A stretch of DNA of 63,803 nucleotides, taken from assembly GCF_004010195.1 (NCBI RefSeq), contig NC_057719.1, positions 67,397,065 through 67,460,867 of the forward strand. Direction: 5' to 3'. Of this stretch, positions 13,100 through 25,599 are shown one piece after another (the stretch's first letter is position 1; every line of letters begins with the position of its first letter). A program made the position numbers and the translations under genes. Source of the DNA: Chiloscyllium plagiosum. Lineage: Eukaryota. Below the pieces are notes generated by a model. That model saw nothing but the letters and a program-made list of their open reading frames with translations. It ran no database searches and had not been told where the DNA came from.

Positions 13100-13656
13100 A
13101 ATTGTTTTGTGCAATTTTTGATATGGTAACACATTATACAGACTGTAAAGTTTCTGTCATCAGTTCTACAAGGGCTTTTAAAAAGTTAATGCACTCCAAG
13201 AGATTGTCCAGATTCCTACTCTAAATGCTGAGTGCATTAAATGTGAAACTCTTTCTTGAGCCATTCCAGAACAAAAATGTGACAGCTGTAAATTTGCTTT
13301 GTCAGGGACTGGAGAACAAAGAACAAGAATTTCAATTTTAATAGCACGTGGTAGACTGTCCCCAGACACTTCACAGGGATAATACCAAACAGAATTTGAC
13401 ACTGAGCCACACAAAGTGCCAATAGAACAGATGACCAAAGCTCGGTCAGTATGGTAGGATTTAAGGAACATCTTCAAGGCGAAGAGAGCAGTAGAGAGGT
13501 AAAGAAGTTTAGGGATGGAATAGAATCATAGATCTTGATGAAGCAGGGCAGTGGTTCCCAATCTCACCGAGAAAAATTGTTTTGTGTAATGTTTGATGGG
13601 GTGACACATCATACAGACTGTAACGTTTCTGTTATCAGTTCTACAAAGGCTGTTAA
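13100..13656. repeat. Diverged ~82-bp direct repeat pair (13100-13181 and 13575-13656)
   Basis: AATTGTTTTGTG...ATACAGACTGTAA.GTTTCTGT.ATCAGTTCTACAA.GGCT in both copies. Confidence 0.9.
13335..13525 (-). mobile_element. L2-like LINE 3' fragment
   Basis: Resembles the reverse complement of the L2-like tail at ~56640-56800 (TTTTGATCA...TTTTGGTC). Confidence 0.45.
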
Positions 13657-14115
13657 ATCAAACACCCATCCTTCCCTCAATAGTTGTACTTTTGCAACCT
13701 TGAATCATAATTAAGTATCTGGACATGGGTTTTCCACACCTATCGGGGAAGGATGTTCACCTCAGAGAGCTGTTGGCAGTCTGGATGGCTGGCATCTGTC
13801 CAGTCCCAACTAAGCCATTGTGATAGATGGCCACTACTGGCACTATGACCCACTTTGTCAAAGACTTGGGCATGTCCATTGTCAACCTAGAGCTAGGTTG
13901 GCAGGAACATCCTTGCTGACACGTCAAGGTTTCAGACGTCCACTCCAAATTGAGACCCCTCTCTCCCAGCTTGTCATGATTGCTGATGAACCCTCCGTCA
14001 GCTGATTGCAGCCAATCCCACCTCCTGCAAACCCCAGTTATCAATCGCTTCATTCCCCAAGCATCTGTCTTTCCCAGTTACAACCATCTACTCCCCACAC
14101 CCAGTTGACCTGCCA

Positions 14116-16612
14116 AGCAAACTTGTAAGGAGATCTCAGCTATCTGTAAGAATAATAGGGTAGTTATGGTAGGGGATTTTAACTTTCCAAACATAGACTG
14201 GGACTGCCATAGTGCTAAAGGTTTAGATGGAGAGGAATTTCTTAAGTGCGTACAAGACAATTTTCTGATTCAGTATGTGGATGTACCTACTAGAGAAGGT
14301 GCAAAACTTGACCGACTCTTGGGAAATAAGGCAGGGCAGGTGACAGTGTTAGTGGGGGAGCACTTTGGGGCCAGCGACAATAATTCTATTCGTTTTAAAA
14401 TAGTGATGGAAAAGGATAGACCAGATCTAAAAGTTGAAGTTCTAAATTGGACAAAGGCCAATTTTGACGATATTAGGCAAGAATTTGCGAAAGCTGATTG
14501 GAGGCAGATGTTTGCAGGTAAAGGGACGGCTTGAAAATGGGAAGCTTTCAGAAACGACATAACAAGAATCCAGCGAAAGTATATTCCTGTCAGGGTGAGA
14601 GGGAAGGCTGGTAGGTATAGGGAATGCTGGATGACGAAAGAACTTGAGGGTTTGGTTAAGAAAAAGAAGGAAGCATATGTCAGGTATAGACAGGATCGAT
14701 CGAGTGAATCCTTAGAAGAGTATAAAGAAAGTAGAAGTATACTTAAGGGGGATATCAGGAGGACAAACCGGGGGCAGATAAAGCTTTGGCAAACAGAATT
14801 AAGGAGAATCCAAAGGGTTTTAACAAATATATTAACGACAAAAGAGTAATTAGGGAGCGAATAGGGTCCCTCAAAGATCAGCAAGGCGGCCTTTATGTGG
14901 CTAAATGAATATTTTGCATCAGTATTTACTGTGGAAAAGGATATGGAAGTTATAGACTGTAGGGAAATAGATGGTGACATCTTGCAAAATGTCCAGATTA
15001 CAGAGGAGGCAGTGCTGGATGTCTTGAAATGGTTAAAGGTGGATAAATCCCCAGGACCTGATCAGGTGTACCCGAGAACTCTGTGGGAAGCCAGAGAGAT
15101 GATTGTTGGGCCTCTTGCTGAGATATTTGTATCATCAATAGTCACAGGTGAGGTGCTGGAAGACTGGAGGTTGGCAAACGTGATGCCACTGTTGAAGAAG
15201 GGCGGTAAAGACAAGCCAGTGAACTATAGACCAGTGAGCCTGACATCAGTGGTGGGCAAGTTGTTGGAGGGAATCCTGAGGGCCAGGATGTGCATGTATT
15301 TGGAAAGGCAAGGACTGATACAGGATAGTCAACATGGCTTTGTGTGTGGGAAATCATGTCTCACAAACTGATTGAGTTTTTTGAAGAAGTAACAAAGAAG
15401 ATTGATGAATGCAGAGCAATAGATGTGATCTATATGGACTTCAGTAAGGCGTTCGACAAGGTTCCCCATGGGAGACTGATTAGCGAGGTTAGATCTCACG
15501 GAATACAGGGAGAACTAGCCATTTGGATACAGAACTGGCTCAAAGGTAAAAGACAGAAGGTGGTGGTGGAGGGTTGTTTTTCAGACTGGAGGCCTGTGAC
15601 CAGTGGAATGCCACAAGGATCGGTGCTGGGCCCTCTACTTTTTGTCATTTACATAAATGATCTGGATGCAAGCATAAGGGGTACAATTAGTAAGTTTGCA
15701 GATGACACCAAAATTGGAGGTGTCGTGGACAGCGAAGCGGGTTACCTCAGATTACAATAAGATCTGGACCAGATGGTCCAATGGGCTGAGAAGTGGCAGA
15801 TGGAGTTTAATTCAGATAATATGCGAGGTGCTACATTTTGGGAAAGCAAATCTTAGCAGAACTTATACACTTAATGATAAGGTACTAGGGAGTGTTGCTG
15901 AACAAAGAGACCTTGGAATGCAGGTTCATAGCTCCTTGAAAGTGGAGTCGCAGGTAGATAGGATAGTGAAGGTGGCGTTTGGTATGCTTTCCTTTATTGG
16001 TCAGAGTATTGAGTACAGGAGTTGGGAGGTCATGTTATGGCTGTACAGGACATTGGTTAGGCCACTGTTGGAATATTGCGTACAATTCTGGTCTCCTTTC
16101 TATTGGAAAGATATTGTGAAACTTGAAAGGGTTCAGAAAAGATTTACAAAGATGTTGCCAGGGTTAGAGGATCTGAGCTACAGGGAGAGGCTGAACAGGC
16201 TGGGGCTGTTTTCCCTGGAGCGTTGGAGGCTGAGGGGCGACGTTATAGAGGCTTACAAAATTATGAGGGGCATGGATAGGATAAATAGACAAAGTCTTTT
16301 CCCTGGGGTCGGGGAGTCCAGAACATATGTTAGGGTGAGAGGGGAAAGATATATAAAAGAGACCTAAGAGGCAACTTTTTCCCGCAAATGGTGGTACGTG
16401 TATGGAATGAGCTGCCAGAGGATGTGGTGGAGGCTGGTACAATTGCAACATTTAAGAGGCATTTGGATGGGTATATGAATAGGAAGGGTTTGGAGGGATA
16501 TGGGCTGGTGCTGGCAGATGGGACTAGTTTGGGTTGGGATATCTGGTCAGCATGGACGGGTTGGACCGAAGGGTCTGTTTCCATGCTGTACATTTCCAAT
16601 ACTCTATGACTG
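14116..16612 (+). mobile_element. CR1-clade LINE (HER1-like), 5'-truncated ORF2 with stops and frameshifts
   Basis: Endonuclease tail VGDFNFPNIDW, SDNN; RT KSPGPD, NYRPVSLTS, YMDFSKAFDKVPH, GMPQGSVLGP, KFADDTK; LEYCVQFWSP; 3' UTR ending CTCTATGACT. Confidence 0.95.
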
Positions 16613-17289
16613 ATTTGCTTAAGTAGTTTTCAGCCACACAATCAACGATGTGATGGGTGAGAAACAAAATAAAAAATGACAATGAGGTCCTGCCATTGTG
16701 TTTGGAAGGATTGCTATGCCTTATATCGTTCACCCTGGAAATTTTGTCCAGAGTAGCCTGACTCAGAGCAGAAGGTTAGTGAAGACACGAGAGTATTTTG
16801 TCTTAGATCAACACAATAGGACAAGAATGGATAGGAGAACTACATACATTAACATTGAATTTATAGCATATCATGCTCTTTAGAGGCATGGTATGAATAC
16901 TATAAATGTATATTTGCATATTTCTACTTTATACCACAAAATGTGAATGGAACAACAGAAATTAATATGATCTCAATACACAAGAGGTGACTGTCTGATA
17001 TTGCAAGGTAATGCAGCTAACATTTCCTAATATATTGGAAACCAAAGGACAAAAATACACATAGTATACATCAAGAGTTGAATTGTAATAGTGGAAACTT
17101 GTGTATTGTTTCAGACCATGAAGTGAAATGAAATATTGTAAACATAGTTAATAATTTTGAGAACTTACAAGGCTTATACTTCACACAAACCTATATACAT
17201 GCAATTAGCTATTTTTAAAGTAGCTAATGTCACCTTTTTGTTCCTGTCTCTCGGATAAAATCAAGACCCATTATAATTCTCAAATAAAA

Positions 17290-17530
17290 ATAACCAAAGA
17301 TCTGTGGATGCTGAAAATTAGAAACAAAAACAGAATTTGCTGAGAAAACTCAGCAGGTCTGACAGCATCTATGGAGAGAAAGCAGAATTAACTTTTTCAG
17401 GCCAAGTGACCCTTCTTCAGAACACTTTTCTGAAGAAGGGTGACTGGACCTGAAAAGTTAGCTTTGCTTTCTCTCCACAGATGCTTCCAGACCTGCTGAG
17501 ATTTCTCAGCAACTTCTGTTTTGATTTTTG
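17290..17530. mobile_element. Fold-back (inverted-repeat) Penelope-pLTR-like non-autonomous element
   Basis: ~100-bp arms (17321-17422 / 17428-17530) are reverse complements around CTTCTTCAGAA-CACTT-TTCTGAAGAAG. Confidence 0.75.
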
Positions 17531-17799
17531 ATCATAATTCCTCTGAAAGTTCTATAAGAGATTCTCCATATTTTCATTCTGAATATGGAGCGAGCTAAAC
17601 ATGAGACTTTTTTTCAAACTATTCTCACTGAAACTAAAGAAATCACAACGTATAACTCACAAAGATGAAGCAATGTGGCTTAAATGTAGAGTTAGTACAA
17701 TCATCTTTCTGAATTTTTGCCAGATTTTTCCAGTTTGATCAAACCAACAGAATTTAAATTAGATTTGATTTCTGACTGCTTTATTGTGACTATCAGTCA

Positions 17800-18200
17800 A
17801 CGAACATAGAATTGTACAGCCACAGGAATGGGTCCTTCAGCCCATGATGTTGTGCCTAATATGACGACAAATGAAACTAGTCCCTTCTGCCTGCCCTCCA
17901 TTCCTTGCGTATCCATGTGCTTATCTAAAAGTCCCTTAAATGCCCTTATCGTATCTGCCTCCACCACCACCCCTGGGAGTGTGTTCCAGGCTCCTACCAC
18001 TCTGTGCAAAAAACTTGCCCCTCATGTCTCCGTTGAACTTTCCCCCTCTCATTTAAATGCATGGCCCCTAGTATTAGACATTTCAACTCTGGGAAAAAGA
18101 TTCTGACCATCAACCCTATGTACACTCCTCATAATTCTATCAAGTCTCCCCTCAGCCTTCGCTGCTCAAGAGAAAACAACCTCTCCAGCCTCTCCAATGG
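17800..18200 (-). mobile_element. CR1 LINE 3' end fragment
   Basis: ORF 17797-18009 RVVGAWNTLPGVVVEADTIRAFKGLLDKHM matches the CR1 ORF2 C-terminus seen at 16388-16500. Confidence 0.85.
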
Positions 18201-18244
18201 TTCCAATTTCTCTTAATGGATGCTTATAGAACAATCTTAGGGCT

Positions 18245-18561
18245 TAGATTAGATTAGATTAGATTACAGTGTGGAAACAGGCCCTTCGGCCCAACAAGTC
18301 CACACCGACCCGCCGAAGCGAAACCCACCCATACCCCTACATTTACCCCTTACCTAACACTACGGGCAATTTAGTATGGCCAATTCACCTAACCTGCACA
18401 TCTTTGGACTGTGGGAGGAAACCGGAGCACCCGGAGGAAACCCACGCAGACACGGGGAGAACGTGCAAACTCCACACAGTCAGTCGCCTGAGTCGGGAAT
18501 TGAACCCGGGTCTCTGGCGCTGCGAGGCAGCAGTGCTAACCACTGTGCCACCGTGCCGCCC
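18245..18561 (-). mobile_element. HE1-type SINE, young copy
   Basis: Reverse complement of 4615-4930 with few differences; (AGATT)n tail on the plus strand; CpGs retained. Confidence 0.92.
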
Positions 18562-20084
18562 ACAAATTGTGGGCGGCTTGAATTGTGACTTTTCATGAAT
18601 CAGGATGGATGTACTTTCACTAATATTTTGTTTATGTTAAATGATTACCAATATTCCATAGAATTATGCATGAGATTATGATTCACTGTACATGGCATAT
18701 ATTGTATGTCATAATCAAGAGAAATAAACTTGAATCAGTTCAACATCATGTTTCAGGTTAGTTAATAAAAATCTAAACACAACAAAGCAAAACCAAAATC
18801 TATATTCCCCAAAAATGGTCGAACAACAAAAGGCACTATAAAATTTATTTAAAAGCTTTGCTATTACTTGTTTCACTGGCTGTCTTTGTTAACAATGCAG
18901 GTCTTTTTAGAAAAATAAAATATTACAATAAAGCTTACCGTGTGAGCTCTGACTTAAACAAAGCTGCAACATTCAGATCAATGCCCAATTACAGTTATAC
19001 ATCAATGGGAACTATCATATAGCTCAGTTCAAATTGATGGACTGAACAACATTAGTCTACAGAGAGTAACATCATAATTAGATTGTAACAAGATGGAGGA
19101 GCATATACCAAAAACATTTAAACACAGGATCAACAGTTGACTGAAAAATGTGTAGGTAAACAAACAGTTACCATATTCCCTGCAACATGAATGCCTTGTA
19201 TTCTGACAATAAATTAGTAATCCACATCAGTTGAATAATTATGAAGAAATTTGTTTTTACCATAAATTGAAAAGTTAGATACTATATTCAATAGCGCAAA
19301 TACTGAGTTTTGCAGCACATTATGCAATAAATAACTAGCTTTAGAATAGTGCAAAACATTCTTGGTTGCAAAGCTGCTCAAAAGAACACAGAAGACATGT
19401 CTCTGGACTGGCAGCACAATTGATATCAGTGCTAGCTCTCTAATGAACCTTCAATGGCAACAATCCTTGGATTAGTATGGTCAACTACAATGGAAAAACA
19501 GACAATGCGCCTTGAGAAATTGTAGGAGATTAATTAAGTTGTATTCGTGATGCGACTGCTGAAGATTAATATCTTGTTCTGCAGATATTAAGGACAAACC
19601 TTAATAACATATGTGCAAACCAGATTGTTGTAACCACATTCTCACATTGCATTCAACCTGCTAATGTTGTAGTCCGCGACAATCATCCTTGCTGTGAACT
19701 TATTAGGATGAAACTACTCATCCAGCAAGCACTATAAAATCTTAATTACTACCCTGGGTTCTAACCACTGACTTGGCTATCACTACTGGCAACCTTGCTG
19801 ATACTTTATTCAAGATGTTAATTTTACTGTATTTTCAGTTTATCACTGCTCTGGCTAACATTTTTCTTGTTAAATATTTATTATTCTAATATTTTGCTAA
19901 AACTCATGAATTGCGATAGCCTGGGCAAATCTTTGCAGTGGTTGAAACTTGGACATCATGAGCTCTTAAGTTGGGATCGCGGGTGTCATAGAAGGCCTAA
20001 ATTAAGAAAATGGTTCCATTTGCACACTACTTCCAGCAAATTCTGTGAAGGATACAAGTGTGGGCAAGCATGCATGCATTCAAA

Positions 20085-20605
20085 GGACTAGGCTTGGAAA
20101 GATGGAAATACTTCGGATGCATTTCAGAGGAGATTTGTGAGATTGATACCTGGAATTAGTAGGTTGCCCTATAAGGAAAGATTGTATATGCTGGCCTTTT
20201 TTTCATGACAGTTGAGAACAGCAAAGAATGATTTGATTAAAGTTTGTAAGATTGTAAATGATCTTGACAAGGAGGACATGCAGAAGATAGTTACTCTTGT
20301 TGTAGGACTAAAGTTCAGAACTAAAGACAGTGTTTTAAAATTAGAAAGTACCCATTTTGGACAAAAGACGAGGGGACTTTTGTTTCTCTTATAGGTTTGT
20401 GCAATTTTGAAACTCTGTTTGAGGGGGGGGGGGGTGAAAGCAGAAATATTGAAGTTTTTTTAAGGCAAAGGTAGATTGATTCCCTTGTCTAATAAGAATC
20501 TAAAACTATTGGGAATAGATAGGAATGTGGAATTTGGAACACAAATAGATGCTTGAATGGTAGAGTAAACTTGAAGGGCCCAAATCACCCAATTCTGCTT
20601 GAATA
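20085..20605 (+). mobile_element. Degenerate CR1 3' fragment
   Basis: CAGAGGAGATTTG..AGATTGATACCTGGA; ORF segment DLIKVCKIVNDLDK; tail CTTGAAGGGCCCAAAT. Confidence 0.7.
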
Positions 20606-20659
20606 TATTTGTTTGTATGTTGGGGATCATATAGCACATATTGAAGACCCTGGAAGAAA

Positions 20660-20900
20660 GTGAAGGCTGCAGAGATGAAGAAGGAAGAAGAGTTTTCACA
20701 TATGTTCACATCACTAAGAATTTCACAACAGCACTTCTACCTTCACATGACTCAGAAGCAATACCTGGTGCCTCTCAGATTCAGATTCAGGTGGATGTCC
20801 TGCCTAAGGCCATTAAGGCCACAGTGATGTTGAACATTTCTCTATCTGGGTCTTTTCAGACAGGAGCAATGACATTTCCCAACGCATCTAATCTAATTGG
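20660..20900 (+). pseudogene. PIF/Harbinger (HARBI1-like) transposase N-terminal fragment
   Basis: YLHMTQKQYLVPLRF followed by LPKAIKATVMLNISLSGSFQTGA, resembling LPVAVKVTVALNFYASGSFQ. Confidence 0.6.
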
Positions 20901-23900
20901 TTGCTCCACTTCACAATCATTTACAGATTAATACAACAGGTCATCAAAGTTGCCATCAAGTGACACCCTAAAAATCTAACTTTTCATTCCTCAGTTTGGG
21001 TTTGGTCAGACTCACTCTACTCCAAATCTCATTGCATCCTTGATTCAGATATGGATGCAAGAATTGAATGCCAGGAGGAGGCTCTCCAACTTTCAGGCAA
21101 CAGTTGACTGACATCAAGCAGCCCAAGGAAAACTCAGTTCAATGGAGTTCAAGGAGAAAACTTGCTAGTGGCCAAAGCTGTAACAGACACATTGGAATAT
21201 ATATTTGTGGCTAACTTAGCAGAACACATTTGGCTGTAAAAAGAGTAGATATACACACAGATCTGCACACTTGGTTTAACTTAAAACCCTTGAGTCCCTG
21301 AAAACAATGGACTCCAAAATGATTTCTTGTCCATCAGTTCTGCTAACATTCCCACTGGGATTTCATTCAGGAAACTAACAATGCAGGCTCATTTGAGCAA
21401 GGCGTGGAAATTAAAAGAAGCAAACCTTACCCCTAAGAGACCATGGGACTACCCATCCATACTATCAACCCAATACTGCCATAATTAATATTGGGGCTAT
21501 AGCATTTGGGAATAAAACTATTTGTATTTATAACACAATAATGTCCATTTAAAATGGAACACAGACATGTGGTGGAAGTGCCATGCTTCTAATATAATAT
21601 CTTAGCTATCTGAAGCAGCCATTTTCTCCTAAAAAAAAGCTAGAACTAAAAATCTCTCTTGCAATATAAGCAGTTTTGCATGGATACAGAAGTTGCTGTT
21701 AATGTTATAAGCACTCTAGCTCATTACAGAATAACTTGAGGTAAGAGCTACTCCATGTACCAAACAGAACTATCACATTACAAGTGGTCTTGAGTTGACA
21801 TGAAGGACCAGTTTGGAGCATACATTCAGTCTCATGTTATAAATCATTTGTATTTTTTCTGAGCTTTCCATTAATTCAAATGACATTTATTTTCTTTATC
21901 ACTTAGTTTTAAGTTATAAATTTCCTGAGTACAGTGTAATTTTGCATAAAAGACAAACGTATTTTTGCTGAAGCTTTGTCAGTGCTATGTGATAAATTAG
22001 TAATGACACAGGACTTTATGTTACAGCCTAGAAGAACATTTCATGTCTTCTGCTGGCATTTCAAAGAGGGCACAGATTTCTTTACTATTTCCAAACACTA
22101 CTGTGTTAGCACAGATGAATTACCAGAGTTTATAATTTACATTATGAATTCATAGAACTGGCAAAAGGGATTAGTGTATTGTATTTCAGGGAAGAAGATG
22201 ATCCTGTCATTAATGGTCGATACTTTCATCACTGTTTAAACCTTCAGACTTTCTGCACTGATGGTAGTGCATGGACATATCAGGGATTCACAGCTGTGAG
22301 GTTTATCTGGTCATATACCAGTTTGCTCACACTATGCAGACTTGGGCTATCAAAGTGGATTAGACTGTCAATCATCGCGTGCAATGTATATTGTATTATG
22401 TATTTTGAAAATGTCAGCAAGATCAGAGTAATTTCTTGGCTAATTGCATCTTGTCTCCTCTTAATACTGCACTTTTAATGGTTTCATTACCTCATGTGAC
22501 AGTGGTTATTTTTGAGTTCATATTCAGAGCAGCCAGCGTTTTCGTGTTTTGAAATAGAAAGTGGAAGATTTATTAAGTTTTTTTTAATAATGGATAAAAT
22601 ATTTTGCAGACAATGTCATCATCCTGAAAGCCTAACAAATTAAATAAATACACGTGGAACACAGGAAACATTTCCCTCTGGTATGTTAATTTGAAGGATG
22701 CAATTTATTATGAACTTCAGAAGCCTACCTTCCACTTCATCATTTCCTATTTGATGTTACAATTATAAAAAAAAGATAAAGGGAAGTTTTCCACTTGTGA
22801 AATTTTGATTTTTTTTCCCCTTTTCATTGTGCAATTATTTCTCTACTTCTTAAATGTTATAAATACAAACTAATTGAATGCTTAATTAGTGGATTTAATT
22901 TATTTGAGATTAGATATAAACACAGATATTGAAGGGAAAAGCAAACTGTGGTACTGATTGGAGCAACCATGTAAAAGGGATTTAAATTCAAGCAGTATCA
23001 ATTCATGAAATGTTTGCTTGCATTAGGGAAGACGACATGAATGGGTTGATTCTGAGACTAATATTGATGGTTATCAATAAGGAAGTATAGGCAGTGGAAA
23101 ATATTGCTAAATAAAAAACATTGGGTGGAATTGTACCTTTCTTGGTGTGGTGTGTGACAAAGTGGGGACAATGCTGAGAAAATAAGAATATCTGAATCTG
23201 AGCCAAGAAATCAGATTTAGTGAGATTCCAATTATGTTTTAAACGGTGGCTTCAGAATCTCACCAGTGATTCACAACTACCTTATTTCTATACATTCACA
23301 TTTCATTAAAATCCCAACTTGCCTTATTAGCATGACACTTGTAATTTTCCTCTTCTTCCCCGTGATACTATATGGTGCAAATTTCTGATTTGTACTTTAG
23401 ATCAGGTACTTGGTGGCTGCAAGTCACTATTCTAGCTTCATTGTCTTCACCATTACATCTATGTTCCATGGACACCACCATCTTCGACTATTTGTATACA
23501 CAAATTGGCATTGGCTAACCACTCACACTTTACACATTATCATGCCGACTCTTGGACTAACTCTCACATCACCTCAGCCTTTCAACTTTTTACATTGGAA
23601 CTCCATACTGTAGGGAGTCTAACTTAATCTAAACTCAGGGACACACTACTGCTGCTGCTGCAGCTTCCAGACTGCTTTGAATGCAGAGACACACTCATTT
23701 CTTCAGAATCTCCAAGGGAATGCACCTTGTGGCTGTTGCTTGCTTTCTTAATGTTCATAGATCTTCCATTTCCTTGGAGGCTGCCAGCCTCTGCTGACTT
23801 CACATGACTTTCTGAGTGCACACTCACTGACTTCAGTGTTAGCATCTGGGTGGATCACATTGCTTTCTTAGTACACAGAGTCATTCAGTGCTCAGTTACA

Positions 23901-25599
23901 GGCTGTCAGCCTCTGTGGCTTGTATCACATGTTAGTGTAGAGGGAGAGGCAGACAGCTCATCATAATGGTGCTATGAACAGTCAATGTGGTGGACAACTT
24001 GGTAAGTGGGCACTGTGCTATGTTAAGGTCATACTTGCAGCAAAATTAGTAGTTTATCTGGCAAACACTGCACATGCGCTTCAAGCAAATGACTATATAT
24101 GAAAGTTGAAAGAGAGCAGTCCCAAGTGGGGTGAACAGGGCTAGATTCATTGAAGTGTAATACCTTAGTAAGTCAAGGGATTCATCTGATTCTAGTCCAT
24201 AGGTTGACAATGCTCAGCCATCTGGTGATCTGTGTCCTGCCAGTGTGAGCCTTGAGTCACAGACAGTCCTGCAGGTTAAATGTAACCAGCGAAAGAATTA
24301 GTCAGGTCAGTCCAGGGGGTGAGGGAGAAGCAGTCCTGGGGATTTGGTCAATGATGGTTAGAAGGTTTATCTTAGAGAAAGTCGTATATTCCTCTGGAAA
24401 ATAACAATGGTCAGTTCATGTCTGTGGATGGATTTCAATGTACAAGATTGCTGAGGGAATGGTAACAGTGAAAGAGGACAATTGAGGATAAGGGTGGGGG
24501 GGGGGGGGGGGTGTGTGCGCTCAGTGAACAGTGGTGGAGGGAGTTGAGGATTGAGTCCCATATGGTAGGGTGTTCATGCAGGTCTTAGTAACTCTGGCCT
24601 TTACATGGCGAGGGTGTAGGTCCAACTAAGGCCTGAAAATTGCCAAAGTCATGAGCTCTGGGGTATATTAATAGTGATATAATACGGCTCAGTGGAAACT
24701 GGGGAGACTGAAATATCACTGGGGCCACAGGGACAGCAATACAACATGGAACATAAAGGACAAGGGAAATTATTGCACCACAGATGGAGCCTGCAATTCA
24801 ATTCTAAGAAAACAAAGTTGGAATCTTGCATTGCTGATCGAAAGTCAAATGCACAATACTTACACAAAATGGTTGACACTGCATGCAAAGTGGATAGAGT
24901 AAGGCATTGAGTTTTTCTTTGGGAGCAGAGTAAATCTTCTGGAATTGATGGCCCTGCTGGGAGAATTACAAGAATCAGGTCTCTGCTGATTCAATCATAC
25001 CACCCATCTAGCTTCAATTTGCACTTGAACATAGTTCTTAATGTGAATTCTTGGACAATGATCTCAAACAATCATGACCATTACATAAAGTGCACTGATT
25101 ATCTGTGTGTCAGGTCAGCTAAGGAATTGTAATCAGATAAAGGCACTTAACAATGACACCTGAGGTTTCTATCTCACCAACATATTCTACAGCTAACACT
25201 GGAAGGCAATGACATGTTGCTGCAAGGGCATGGACTGTGAGGTGGAAGGGAACATTTTCTTTCTTGGCATGTCGGGGCAGGGGAGCTCATGTTGGCTTAA
25301 TGGCAGAATTCCTCTCCCAAGAGAGCATGAAAACTTTGGTTGTGCAACACAGATTTGAATAAGGTTACAGATCGCAGAACTACTTATGGAGACGTGACAT
25401 TGACCTGCTTACAAAGCGGTGACTGGGCGAGACATGAAGCTTCATGCTTGGAGATCTCAGGAATTCCTTTGATGAATTAGCACTCACTTTCTTGACATTC
25501 CCCACATGTCTTATTTTCCTAGCTGGTTTTCTTGTGGACTTAATTCAACTGTCAAGACTCTTTCATCTCTCTAGAAAGAGAGAGCAATTATAAATTTGC

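Noticed and set aside
14270..14980. 236-aa minus-strand ORF
   Set aside because: Antisense shadow of CR1 ORF2.
23624..23845. Ser-rich minus-strand ORF
   Set aside because: Low complexity; no identifiable homology or paired splice sites.
24494..24510. Poly-G tracts (also ~20423-20434)
   Set aside because: Simple homopolymers of uncertain assembled length; no evidence of function.
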